Shown: positions 1 to 9,143 of the stretch, piece after piece
Numbering within the stretch: the stretch's first letter is position 1
Layout: the number at the start of each line of letters is the position of its first letter
Virus record (IMG/VR): IMGVR_UViG_3300031963_011573
Span: 1 to 64,000 of that record
Source: a virus
DNA: 64,000 bases
Reading direction: 5' to 3' (one strand)
Notes under the pieces: model-generated
The model's database searches: none
The model's input: only the letters and a program-made list of their open reading frames with translations
Told to the model about the DNA's origin: nothing
Made by a program: the position numbers and the translations under genes

Positions 1-10
1 CCTGACTACA
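1..10 (+). ncRNA. 3' end of a tRNA or tRNA-like element truncated by the window start
   Basis: CCTGACTACA is identical to the acceptor 3' strand plus discriminator of the element at 11840-11948. Confidence 0.45.
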
Positions 11-89
11 CCTTAATACCGATTCGAGTTTGACAATTAAGAGGGACCTTGCTCCTTAAGTGGAAAAAATGTCGTTAAATAACCCTCCG

Positions 90-121
90 CACCAGGTGGC
101 ATCGGTGACCTGGTTTTTTTT
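90..121 (+). terminator. intrinsic terminator
   Basis: ACCAGGT...ACCTGGT hairpin followed by a T-run. Confidence 0.7.
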
Positions 122-136
122 GAAATATTTATTTAT

Positions 137-457
137 GACAGTACCTACCACGCTTCTGGACTGGGGTATCCCCGATCGAGCGTACCAGGGTAGGTCTTTT
201 ACACCCCACCGTTATGTAAATAACGGAACCCCATGGTGATACTGTTGCCATGGAATGCCTCCCCCCTATGAATAGAATTCATAGGACAAGTACCATCGGG
301 CATACCGTTAGATCTGCTCACTTAGATGGTCTTTTTCGATATTGGGAAATGGGACCTGCTTTATGGGTGCAAGACGTTGCCTTCATAAACAACCTTATAA
401 CCAACTATCACCCCCTAGATGGTCTGCTTGATCAACAGATCCCACTAGGGGTTTTTG
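137..457 (+). ncRNA. putative highly structured ncRNA of unknown class
   Basis: GC-rich for this genome; stems CCTACC/GGTAGG, CCGTTAT/ATAACGG, CCATGG/CCATGG, CCTATGAAT/ATTCATAGG and long-range CCCGAT/ATCGGG; ATATTTAT motif upstream; CCCCCTAG/CTAGGGGG terminator with T-run downstream. Confidence 0.55.
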
Positions 458-522
458 ATTCTTTACCTTAGGTAAGGAACTTACAAAGGTTTTAAACGTT
501 GAACCCGAATCAACGTTTTTTT

Positions 523-595
523 GCCGATATAGCTCAGCTGGTAGAGCAACTGATTTGTAATCAGTAGGTCGGGGGTTCGAATCCCTCCATCGGCT
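523..595 (+). tRNA. tRNA-Thr(TGT)
   Basis: Cloverleaf; anticodon arm ACTGA-TTTGTAA-TCAGT; GGTTCGAATCC T-loop. Confidence 0.95.
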
Positions 596-599
596 CAAT

Positions 600-673
600 G
601 GTGCGTTAGTTCAGTTGGTTAGAATACTTGCCTGTCACGCAAGGGGTCATGGGTTCGAGTCCCATACGCACCG
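600..673 (+). tRNA. tRNA-Asp(GTC)
   Basis: Cloverleaf; anticodon arm CTTGC-CTGTCAC-GCAAG. Confidence 0.95.
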
Positions 674-680
674 CAAAAAT

Positions 681-764
681 GCTCGGGTGGTGGAACTGGT
701 AGACACGCCGGACTTAAAATCCTGTGGGCTTTTGCCCGTGCGGGTTCGATTCCCGCTCCGAGTA
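681..764 (+). tRNA. tRNA-Leu(TAA)
   Basis: Cloverleaf with long variable arm; anticodon loop CTTAAAA. Confidence 0.93.
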
Positions 765-798
765 CAAAAATTGATATTTAAAGTATCAAAGGGGTAAT

Positions 799-807
799 AT
801 ATTTATA
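799..807 (+). promoter_or_regulatory. putative late promoter ATATTTATA (family representative)
   Basis: Same motif 5-40 nt upstream of starts at 1058, 2019, 28709, 32913, 35714, 38318, 45772, 48535, 53805, 58473 and 59514. Confidence 0.65.
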
Positions 808-812
808 ATAAG

Positions 813-968
813 ATGGAAAAAAAACCACTTAAAATACAAACGGAATTGGCCTCACTTGAAAAAACACTAGTGAAACTACAGGAAAAATACAACATGTATC
901 CCTCAAAAAATTTGAGTGATGCAATAACACATTTACAAGCTACAATTCGTAGTTTGAGTAATGTATAG
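813..968 (+). CDS. small hypothetical protein (51 aa, MEKKPLKIQ...)
   Basis: Read manually; follows the late motif; stop abuts tRNA-Ser. Confidence 0.6.
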   Translation: MEKKPLKIQTELASLEKTLVKLQEKYNMYPSKNLSDAITHLQATIRSLSNV

Positions 969-1054
969 GAAGTGTGCTTGAGCGGTTTAAAAGGCTGGTC
1001 TTGAAAACCAGTGAATTCGAAAGGGTTCCGTAGGTTCGAATCCTACCACTTCCG
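968..1054 (+). tRNA. tRNA-Ser(TGA)
   Basis: Anticodon arm CTGGT-CTTGAAA-ACCAG; long variable arm. Confidence 0.93.
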
Positions 1055-1071
1055 CTAATATTTATAAACAA

Positions 1072-1249
1072 ATGAATAAAATATCTAGCATATTGACCAT
1101 TATGTTTTTAGGTGTAATGGGAGTTTTATGGCCATTTTGGCTAATAGATGGATACCTTGATAGTTGGTACTTAAAAATAGCCACTTTCATTGCTGTGTAT
1201 GGAGGTTTTGTCGCAAATTTAGTGTGGTACCTTCAATACAGGAAAAAAA

Positions 1250-1266
<17 letters not shown>
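1072..1266 (+). CDS. small membrane protein
   Basis: Two hydrophobic segments. Confidence 0.7.
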
Positions 1267-1712
<446 letters not shown>

Positions 1713-1717
1713 CTTCA

Positions 1718-1746
1718 ACCCTATCATTTTGATAGGGTTTCTTTTT
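1718..1746 (+). terminator. intrinsic terminator after the tRNA cluster
   Basis: AACCCTATCA-TTT-TGATAGGGTT followed by a T-run. Confidence 0.75.
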
Positions 1747-1796
1747 CCTTGGTTATTTAAAAAATGGGTTTTATATTTCCATTAAAAATAGAAAAT

Positions 1797-1967
1797 ATGA
1801 TTTATATTGTTGGATTACTAATTGGATTTTGTTTCTTTTTACTTAAAAGAATAGTTGAATTAAAAAATAGATTGGGAGAAATTGAAAAAACACTCAAATC
1901 AATTAACTATGATTTGAATATGGTTGCTTATTCTCAAAAAAATTCCAAACAAATATTAAAAGGATAA
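1797..1967 (+). CDS. small membrane-anchored coiled-coil protein
   Basis: N-terminal TM; start placed after the TTG/TATATT promoter. Confidence 0.6.
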   Translation: MIYIVGLLIGFCFFLLKRIVELKNRLGEIEKTLKSINYDLNMVAYSQKNSKQILKG

Positions 1968-2032
1968 TAATAAATAGTAAATAACCCGTCAAAAACTTCT
2001 ACGTTTTTTCCATTTAGAATATTTATAAATAG

Positions 2033-3316
2033 ATGAAAATAATCACTCTAATATCGTTTATTCTAATTTCATTTTTTACATTTTCACAATGTAACCAATA
2101 CCAAATTTATGAAAGTTTTAATTCTACATTACCTACACAAGGAGGAACTTGGACCGCAACTTCTATAGTATATGGCACATCCCCGGTGAGGACTGGAACA
2201 CACCAATTAACCTTTAATGGTGTTAATGATGTTATAAGAACCCCACAAATTGCAAACCCTGGCGTGTTAACTTTCTGGCACAGACGAAGTTCAAATTCTA
2301 CTGCATGGACCTTAAATATACAAACTTCACCAAACGGAACTACTTGGACAACGAGAGGATCTGTCACAGCTCCGACTACTACTTGGACTCAGTACTCACT
2401 TAATATCGGATCTTTAGGTTTAACCAATGTTTTTATTCGATTGCTAGACGGTAGAGCATCTGGTACACACGAAAGATATGTCGATGATTTGGGAATAACT
2501 TCAACCAATGCTAGTGAAAATACTCTCATTCCATTTATTAATGCATGTTCTCAAAATATCGATTCTTACATATACACAATAACTGATGATGCAGGCCCAA
2601 CCGCAGCTCTATTAGGAGGATATTCTAATAGCGTTAATAGAACTCTAACATTCACACCGTCAGATAACACAAAAAAATTAGAGCTATCATTCACCGAATT
2701 GGATTTAGAAACAAATTTCGATTATCTATACGTTTATGACGGAGCAAATACATCATCACCTCTGTTAGCCACTCTTACGGGAGAAGCTACTCCGTCTTCA
2801 ATTGTAGCAACAAATGCAGCAGGACAACTTACTATTCGATGGACTTCCGATGTTTCAAATTCTGGAGCCTGGAGTGGATGGGTTGGTATCATTCAAACTA
2901 TAACACCCCTACCAGTTGAACTTCTATATTTTGAAGGTACTGCATATCAATCATTCAACATATTACAATGGGCGACAGCTTCTGAACACAATTCATTTTA
3001 TTTTGATTTAGAAAGATCGGTAGATGGTGTAAAATGGACTCATGTTGCAACTAGTTTAGCAGCAGGAAACAGCACAGAGCTTCTAACATACTCATATCTG
3101 GATTATGTAGAACGAACACCGCTTTACTATTATCGATTAATTCAAGTTGATATTGATGGGAAATATAAAACGTACGGGCCCATTGTAGTTTATGGTGTTC
3201 CTGTAAAACAAGTTATAAAATATGTTAATTTATTAGGTCAAGAAGTCCCAGCATCTACTACAGGTGTTTTGTTTGAAATATACGAAGATGGTACCTCAAA
3301 GAAAATTATTAGATAA
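2033..3316 (+). CDS. secreted CUB-domain protein with Bacteroidota T9SS-like C-terminal region
   Basis: Signal peptide; CUB motif (LSFTELDLETNFDYLYVYDG...WTSD); PLPVELLYF...YYRLIQVDIDG Ig-like repeat; YVNLLGQEV...SKKIIR tail. Confidence 0.75.
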   Translation: MKIITLISFILISFFTFSQCNQYQIYESFNSTLPTQGGTWTATSIVYGTSPVRTGTHQLTFNGVNDVIRTPQIANPGVLTFWHRRSSNSTAWTLNIQTSPNGTTWTTRGSVTAPTTTWTQYSLNIGSLGLTNVFIRLLDGRASGTHERYVDDLGITSTNASENTLIPFINACSQNIDSYIYTITDDAGPTAALLGGYSNSVNRTLTFTPSDNTKKLELSFTELDLETNFDYLYVYDGANTSSPLLATLTGEATPSSIVATNAAGQLTIRWTSDVSNSGAWSGWVGIIQTITPLPVELLYFEGTAYQSFNILQWATASEHNSFYFDLERSVDGVKWTHVATSLAAGNSTELLTYSYLDYVERTPLYYYRLIQVDIDGKYKTYGPIVVYGVPVKQVIKYVNLLGQEVPASTTGVLFEIYEDGTSKKIIR

Positions 3317-3352
3317 TTTGGCTTTCTAAATCTTCTTTTGTATATTTAAAGT

Positions 3353-4072
3353 ATGAAATTTAAAATTACATTCATATCAGACACTCACGGAAAACACAAC
3401 CAACTAACAAAAGATCTACCAGGTGGAGACATATTAATTCATGCTGGGGATTTTATGAATGCAGGTTACTATAAAACAGAAGCAATTGAATTTTTCAATT
3501 GGTTTGATGCAATCAACAACTACGATACAAAAGTATTTATTGCAGGAAATCATGACCGTTTAATGGAAGATGATTCAACATGGGCTCAAGGTTATTTAAC
3601 AGGATTTAAAACAATAGATTATTTACAAGACGAAGAAATAGGAATATACCACGATGATTTAAATGGAGACCACTCAGAAGATAATATTCATATTTATGGT
3701 TCACCTTGGCAACCTGAATTTTTTAATTGGGCATTCAATTTACCTCGAAATGGTAATGAATTGAAAGAACGTTGGAACATAATACCCAACAACACAGACA
3801 TTTTAGTTACACATGGCCCTCCATTTGGATTCCTAGATATCCCAGGACATGGTACTCCAATGAATGTTGGTTGTGAGATGTTACGTTATCGAATAGATGA
3901 ATTGCGTCCAAAAATACATGTATTCGGGCATATTCATGGTAGTGCAGGTTACTATTTTAATGGACATACTCATTTTATAAACGCATCTGTTTTAAATGAG
4001 AGATATGTTTATGAAAATAAACCACTAACATTTGAATGGGATAATATAACAAATGAAATTCAGTGGTTATAA
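3353..4072 (+). CDS. calcineurin-like metallophosphoesterase
   Basis: SDTHG, AGD, GNHD, THGPP and GHIH motifs. Confidence 0.9.
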   Translation: MKFKITFISDTHGKHNQLTKDLPGGDILIHAGDFMNAGYYKTEAIEFFNWFDAINNYDTKVFIAGNHDRLMEDDSTWAQGYLTGFKTIDYLQDEEIGIYHDDLNGDHSEDNIHIYGSPWQPEFFNWAFNLPRNGNELKERWNIIPNNTDILVTHGPPFGFLDIPGHGTPMNVGCEMLRYRIDELRPKIHVFGHIHGSAGYYFNGHTHFINASVLNERYVYENKPLTFEWDNITNEIQWL

Positions 4073-4124
4073 GAGGAATAGGCTTTTAAAAAAAATTTTC
4101 GTATATTCAAGTAAAATAAAGGAA

Positions 4125-4349
4125 ATGGCAAAAGTAATTTTAGAATTTGATCCAATTGAAGATAGAGATGATATGGAAAACGCTATCAATGGATGGAAAT
4201 GGAAAACGTTAGTATGGGATTTAGACCAGCATTTACGATCTGAATTAAAATACAATGATGCAATTACTGGGGATGTATATGATGCTTTAGAAAAAATTAG
4301 AGAGCATTTACATGAATTAAAAAATGAAAGTGGATTAACTTTAGAATAA
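4125..4349 (+). CDS. hypothetical protein
   Basis: Start reassigned to the ATG after the promoter cassette. Confidence 0.75.
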   Translation: MAKVILEFDPIEDRDDMENAINGWKWKTLVWDLDQHLRSELKYNDAITGDVYDALEKIREHLHELKNESGLTLE

Positions 4350-4352
4350 AAC

Positions 4353-4649
4353 ATGGCAAAGAGATTAACAAGAGAAGAAAAACGAGAACAAGCAGTAGTT
4401 GATTTAATCAACGAAATGTTTCGTATTGCAGGACATGATGTTACGTTTGATGATATTTTGGACCGAGAAAATTGGTTTAATGAATATGAAATGACTGAAG
4501 AGCAATATGATGAATGGAAAGCTTGGGGTAAAAAACATTTAATGAAAAAATTGGGTCTGCATGCTGCACGAGCAGAAAAAGAGATGGCTTGGGCTGGGTT
4601 ACAATGGGGATTAAAAATAAAACAAAATGAGCAAACTGAATCAAATTAA
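4353..4649 (+). CDS. hypothetical protein
   Basis: ORF track; operon spacing. Confidence 0.75.
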   Translation: MAKRLTREEKREQAVVDLINEMFRIAGHDVTFDDILDRENWFNEYEMTEEQYDEWKAWGKKHLMKKLGLHAARAEKEMAWAGLQWGLKIKQNEQTESN

Positions 4650-4941
4650 GATACCGGTTGAAATAGAGGACTCTAGACCAACCCCAAACTATAAACTAGT
4701 AAGAGAACGTGATGGGCTAGAAAAATATTCACAGGATATTATTTGGGTAGAATGGGATGAAGCAGGATACTTTAAAGACAGACATAAAGAACTTGCTATT
4801 GGCCGATCATTGTTGATGTCTCCGTTCCATCCATTTACCTTTACTTGGCAGACAACACCAGTAACAGAAATTATAGAACAAAGAGAAGACTATATTAAAT
4901 TTAGAACAGAAAATAGCAACTACGAATTATTTAAAATATGA
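4627..4941 (+). CDS. hypothetical protein
   Basis: ORF track; coupled to neighbours. Confidence 0.75.
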   Translation: MSKLNQIKIPVEIEDSRPTPNYKLVRERDGLEKYSQDIIWVEWDEAGYFKDRHKELAIGRSLLMSPFHPFTFTWQTTPVTEIIEQREDYIKFRTENSNYELFKI

Positions 4942-5174
4942 AAATTAACCACGAGGGAAAAGGCAGACCAGCAGAGGAAAAAATACCAACAGTTGTAGTA
5001 TATAAAAAACCAACCGGGAAAAAATACTACATGTTAGTAACAGAATCTGAAGTGGATAATATCTTGAATTCTTCAAAACGTAAACCACTTATTCCTGATG
5101 GATGTGAAATAGTTGATATTGGAATAGGAAAATCATTTATTGCAACATATAAAAAACAATACGACATAAAATGA
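4938..5174 (+). CDS. hypothetical protein
   Basis: ATGA overlap. Confidence 0.7.
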   Translation: MKINHEGKGRPAEEKIPTVVVYKKPTGKKYYMLVTESEVDNILNSSKRKPLIPDGCEIVDIGIGKSFIATYKKQYDIK

Positions 5175-5425
5175 ATTTTTTAGATAATTTACCTTCTATA
5201 AGCAACAATAAAGCTAAACAAATGAGACTTGACTCGTTTGAAAGAGGATTTAGAGTAGGACAAAAAGAAGCTATTGATGCTTTAAGAGATACACAAAAAT
5301 ACAATTGCAAACATTTAAATGATTTTGAAAAAGCAATAGTAATGAAATTTTTGGATGAATATAATTTAGAGTTTGGATACAATGTTGAAGAGGGTGGATT
5401 TTATGTTTTAAAACGAGTAAAATGA
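5171..5425 (+). CDS. hypothetical protein
   Basis: Contiguous with upstream gene. Confidence 0.7.
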   Translation: MNFLDNLPSISNNKAKQMRLDSFERGFRVGQKEAIDALRDTQKYNCKHLNDFEKAIVMKFLDEYNLEFGYNVEEGGFYVLKRVK

Positions 5426-5649
5426 AAACAACAAACCGAATAGACTCGGGACATGAATTATCTATATTCCTCTATGAATTAATGGCAGCTAATATAGAAA
5501 TACCATCTAATATAACATTAGAAATTGATAGTCCCTTATTTGAATCTGAAATAAATGAAATAGCACAAAATTTCTCCCCAGAAGGAGAATCTATATCAAT
5601 GAAACGATTTGAATATATGGGAAACAAAGTAACCTTTAAATCAGAATAG
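5422..5649 (+). CDS. hypothetical protein ending in repeat-encoded TFKSE
   Basis: ATGA overlap; stop supplied by the 23-bp repeat. Confidence 0.7.
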   Translation: MKTTNRIDSGHELSIFLYELMAANIEIPSNITLEIDSPLFESEINEIAQNFSPEGESISMKRFEYMGNKVTFKSE

Positions 5650-5650
5650 A

Positions 5651-5848
5651 ATGAAAATAGAAACAAATGGAACACAAGAAATTTATAATGTTGGGGATGT
5701 TTTTATGATAGATAATCCTAATATAAATGAACCAAAAGTATTTACAACACATAAAGTAGATAATGATTGGGGTGTAGTATATTATTATCAATTAAATGGT
5801 ATTGAAGAAACAATTGGAATTAGTTATATCACAAAAATTAACCTTTAA
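5651..5848 (+). CDS. hypothetical cassette protein
   Basis: Start and stop both lie within repeats. Confidence 0.7.
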   Translation: MKIETNGTQEIYNVGDVFMIDNPNINEPKVFTTHKVDNDWGVVYYYQLNGIEETIGISYITKINL

Positions 5849-5859
5849 ATCAGAATAGA

Positions 5860-5979
5860 ATGAGAAGTGAAGATATTGAATTTTGTATTGTTTATGGAGC
5901 AATTAGTTTTTCAGGATTTTGTATAGCAATTCACTATTGGTATTACCAATTATTTAAAAAAAGAAAAAGAAACCTTTAA
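5860..5979 (+). CDS. 39-aa single-TM cassette peptide (MRSEDIEFC...KRNL)
   Basis: Read manually; start and stop lie within repeats. Confidence 0.6.
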   Translation: MRSEDIEFCIVYGAISFSGFCIAIHYWYYQLFKKRKRNL

Positions 5980-5990
5980 ATCAGAATAGA

Positions 5991-6269
5991 ATGGGTAAAA
6001 CAAGAGAAAAATTATTGAATGCAAATAGGTATTGTCATATCTACGTAGATGATGATGGAATAACTAATTATCATGATACTGAAACAAATGAGACTTATAG
6101 GGTTATACCTGACACAGGAGCATTAGGTTTTTATTTGGAGTATTTTAAAGATGGTGTATTAAAAGCAAGAAATTCATTTGAATTTAAAGAACTTAAAATA
6201 CTTGCAAATCTTACTGGGAGTAATTATTTACTAAACAATTTAATTGGTGGAGAACTTAAATCAGAATAA
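5991..6269 (+). CDS. hypothetical cassette protein ending LKSE
   Basis: Start and stop lie within repeats. Confidence 0.7.
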   Translation: MGKTREKLLNANRYCHIYVDDDGITNYHDTETNETYRVIPDTGALGFYLEYFKDGVLKARNSFEFKELKILANLTGSNYLLNNLIGGELKSE

Positions 6270-6270
6270 A

Positions 6271-6555
6271 ATGGATCAAACAGCAGTAGAATGGTTTGTT
6301 GGGCAAATGTTTTTGCAAGGTTATCTTAATGATAGCCCAATGACCATTGTTAACATTAACCATTTTGTTCGACAAGCCAAAGAAATGGAAGCTAAACAAC
6401 GACAAGAAGATACCAATCACGGCTATTCACAAGGATACGATGATGGGGCTCAAGGTAAGGAACCAATGCAACCTGAAATATCTGATTCAGAGGGACAATC
6501 ATACCAGGATAAAATGAGAGATAAAATAGCCAAAGCTAAATCAAGGTTAAAATGA
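6271..6555 (+). CDS. hypothetical protein (MDQTAVEW...)
   Basis: Start at the repeat-borne ATG. Confidence 0.7.
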   Translation: MDQTAVEWFVGQMFLQGYLNDSPMTIVNINHFVRQAKEMEAKQRQEDTNHGYSQGYDDGAQGKEPMQPEISDSEGQSYQDKMRDKIAKAKSRLK

Positions 6556-6791
6556 AACAATGGTACTACCACGGTGATAAAACGTATATCATCCATAAAA
6601 AAATAGCAATCTCAGCGTTTACAAACGCGGATGGAGTACTAAACATGGAAATGGTTAAAGATGGAAGAGACTCGTTGTTTAATGTGGATCATGTGTTAAA
6701 AACAGACAGACATTTTTTATTTGTAGAAACTATACAAGATGCAGAAATTATTGAAGAAACTCAAGGTGTGGTGGAAGAAACACATAGCTAG
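6552..6791 (+). CDS. hypothetical protein
   Basis: ORF track. Confidence 0.7.
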   Translation: MKQWYYHGDKTYIIHKKIAISAFTNADGVLNMEMVKDGRDSLFNVDHVLKTDRHFLFVETIQDAEIIEETQGVVEETHS

Positions 6792-6828
6792 TGACTGTCC
6801 AAAATATTTAGATGATTTATTTTAAAAT

Positions 6829-7338
6829 ATGAAAGATAAAATTTTAGATTGGTGGCACTCCACCGGAATCAGACAAGTGATCCGAAATACTATAAAGGGA
6901 ATTGAAAATGTAATTTATTGGTTTCCTGTTATTTGGAAGGATAGGGATTGGGATCATTACTATATTTATGAAATTTTAAAAACTAAACTAGAAAAACAAG
7001 CAACAAACATTTATAACAGTGGAAACCATGTTGATTCAAAATATGATGCTGAAAGAATGTTTTTATGTGCTCGTTTAATTCAACTCCAACAAGAAGAATT
7101 ATATGAATATGAGTGGGCTGATCCAATATATGATGAAAATTTAGAGGAATACTTTAAAAAATACCCAAGACAATATAAAAGAGCCATATCAGGTGAATTT
7201 GATAGACCAGGACTTGAACCACTTGATGAAAATAACAAAGATTTAATTGCAATGGAAATTGCTTTGGAAAATCAAAAACGTTCACGTAAATTGCTATTTA
7301 AAATACTAGACCAGAATATTACCAGGTGGTGGGATTGA
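6829..7338 (+). CDS. conserved phage hypothetical protein (IWKDRDWD...RWWD)
   Basis: Recognisable phage family motifs; function unknown. Confidence 0.75.
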   Translation: MKDKILDWWHSTGIRQVIRNTIKGIENVIYWFPVIWKDRDWDHYYIYEILKTKLEKQATNIYNSGNHVDSKYDAERMFLCARLIQLQQEELYEYEWADPIYDENLEEYFKKYPRQYKRAISGEFDRPGLEPLDENNKDLIAMEIALENQKRSRKLLFKILDQNITRWWD

Positions 7339-7410
7339 TGTAAAATATATTTCATTAAAGGAATAGGGAGCGCGAGCTCCCTTTCGTATATTCCCCTCAA
7401 ATTAAAGGAA

Positions 7411-7620
7411 ATGAAAGTTTTATTAAATAAAAAACAAAGAGAACCTAAACCAAAACAATTTATAATATTAAATGAATTTTGTCAGGTGTTTTGTGGTTTA
7501 CAAGGTGGTTACCCTGCTTTCAGTGATAATATAGATGAAGCAAAACCACTTGAAAACGATGCTCAAATTAGAATGATTCAACAAGGGACTTCATTTAAAC
7601 TAGAGAAGGAATATTTATGA
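7411..7620 (+). CDS. hypothetical protein
   Basis: Follows a promoter cassette. Confidence 0.7.
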   Translation: MKVLLNKKQREPKPKQFIILNEFCQVFCGLQGGYPAFSDNIDEAKPLENDAQIRMIQQGTSFKLEKEYL

Positions 7621-7796
7621 TCATGGAAGGTGAAATCTTAGATGACTTGATGCTTGCTCACCATGTCTTGGAAGAAGCAGCTCAATATGATTTAGAATCT
7701 GAAGTGTTTGTATGGTCACTTAAAGCAATGAAGGAAGATCCTTCATTAACAATCGATGAAGCTATTTTAAAAGGAAAAAAAGAGTGGTTGAAGTAA
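7617..7796 (+). CDS. hypothetical protein (59 aa)
   Basis: Read manually; ATGA overlap. Confidence 0.65.
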   Translation: MIMEGEILDDLMLAHHVLEEAAQYDLESEVFVWSLKAMKEDPSLTIDEAILKGKKEWLK

Positions 7797-7849
7797 GGGA
7801 ATAGTTTTTATAAAAAATATTTCGTATATTAAAGTATAAAATAAAGGTT

Positions 7850-8077
7850 ATGTGGAATAAGATAGTTAGTATATTTAGGTTTTTAGAAGGTGTTGTTTTA
7901 TTTTATTTAGCATTTGTTTTTATAAAATGGTATGTAAAAGGACATTTTGGTAAGTATTTTATATTCTTTTGGTTGAATACTATAATTGCTTTTGTAATGT
8001 ATTTTAATCATCAACAACAAATAGAAGAAGAATATGATAATAGAACAGGTGCAGAAATATGGGAAGCAACACATTAA
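7850..8077 (+). CDS. two-TM membrane protein
   Basis: Hydrophobic segments; own cassette. Confidence 0.7.
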   Translation: MWNKIVSIFRFLEGVVLFYLAFVFIKWYVKGHFGKYFIFFWLNTIIAFVMYFNHQQQIEEEYDNRTGAEIWEATH

Positions 8078-8146
8078 TCTAAAAGAGGAATAGTTTAAGT
8101 AAAAAAAAGTTTGTATATTAAAGTATAAATTAAAAAAATAAAAGTT

Positions 8147-8956
8147 ATGAATATTGAAAGAAGAGAAATGAAACAAGAAAGAAGAGGACGCCCTTCAAAA
8201 CAACCAGAACAAGTTATATTAGATCCGTCTAAAATTTCATTAGTTAGAGGTAATGAATTACATTTTAATGAATCATTATTTACACCAATGAAAACTAACA
8301 CTGAGTTAGATGTTATATTTTCAACTGAAGGTGGATTGATGCCTGGAGTGTCAATGATGATAGCTGGAGGCCCCGGTTCAGGTAAATCTACATTAGTTTT
8401 GGATACATTAGCTAGACTTACTCAACAAGGTTATAAATGTTTATTAATACAAGGAGAAATGGACCAAATAGGACATTATAAGTATTGTAAACGGATTCCT
8501 CAGTTTGGGTGTATTCAAACATTGTTTCTAAAAGAATATATTGATAATGTAAAAGAAGTAATTGAGTATGTTTTTAATCTAGGATATGATGTTATAGGAA
8601 TCGACTCAATTGCTGAAGTACTAGATATGTACAGAAATCAAAATGGAGGAACAGCTAAACAAGCTGAAACATGGTTCTTGAAACTTCAAGATGAGACTAA
8701 GAAAGGAAAGAATGAGAAAGGATATTATACATCTTTTATCAACATACAACAATTTACTAAGAGTGATGAGTTTGCTGGGAGTAACAGATTGAAACATATG
8801 ATGGAAGCCTATGCTGAAGTAAATAGAAGTAAAGATGGGTTAGAAAGATCAATTTTCTTTAGTAAGAATAGAGATTGTGATAAGGATTTTAAAATATATT
8901 TTTCAATTTATAATGATGGAGTTTATTTCTCCTATGAATTAGAAAAAGAAGATTAA
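8147..8956 (+). CDS. RadA/Sms-like RecA-family ATPase with N-terminal AT-hook-like RRGRP
   Basis: Walker A GGPGSGKST; Walker B IGIDSI; FAGSNRLKHM and KNR resemble RadA motifs; no Zn finger or Lon domain. Confidence 0.75.
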   Translation: MNIERREMKQERRGRPSKQPEQVILDPSKISLVRGNELHFNESLFTPMKTNTELDVIFSTEGGLMPGVSMMIAGGPGSGKSTLVLDTLARLTQQGYKCLLIQGEMDQIGHYKYCKRIPQFGCIQTLFLKEYIDNVKEVIEYVFNLGYDVIGIDSIAEVLDMYRNQNGGTAKQAETWFLKLQDETKKGKNEKGYYTSFINIQQFTKSDEFAGSNRLKHMMEAYAEVNRSKDGLERSIFFSKNRDCDKDFKIYFSIYNDGVYFSYELEKED

Positions 8957-9011
8957 AAAGGATAGGAGAAGCAATTCTCCTATCATATATTAAATCATAA
9001 TTAAAACAAAT

Positions 9012-9131
9012 ATGAGCTGCTCAAGAGGAAAATCAACTAAAAAAGGACGCTATAATAAAGCAAATAATTTAAAGAAACCTACAGGATATACTGTAGACAA
9101 AAATGGAAATATTAAACCAACGTATAACTAA
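9012..9131 (+). CDS. small basic peptide (39 aa)
   Basis: Read manually; downstream of a cassette. Confidence 0.5.
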   Translation: MSCSRGKSTKKGRYNKANNLKKPTGYTVDKNGNIKPTYN

Positions 9132-9143
9132 AAACAAAAAAGT

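Larger units (their letters stand above)
5631..6273 (+). repeat. four direct repeats AACCTTTAAATCAGAATAGAATG at gene junctions
   Basis: Exact copies at 5631-5653, 5840-5862 and 5971-5993; variant at 6253-6273. Confidence 0.9.

Noticed and set aside
137-457. tmRNA, RNase P RNA or group I intron
   Set aside because: I found no tRNA-Ala-like ends, no GAGGAAAGUCC core and no P7 consensus by eye.
250-797. ORFs 250-471, 395-598(-) and 615-797
   Set aside because: They overlap tRNAs or the structured RNA; the translations are typical tRNA shadow peptides.
5631-6273. CRISPR array
   Set aside because: Spacers are about 110-260 nt, unequal and protein-coding; there are no cas genes (51434 is a replication-module exonuclease).
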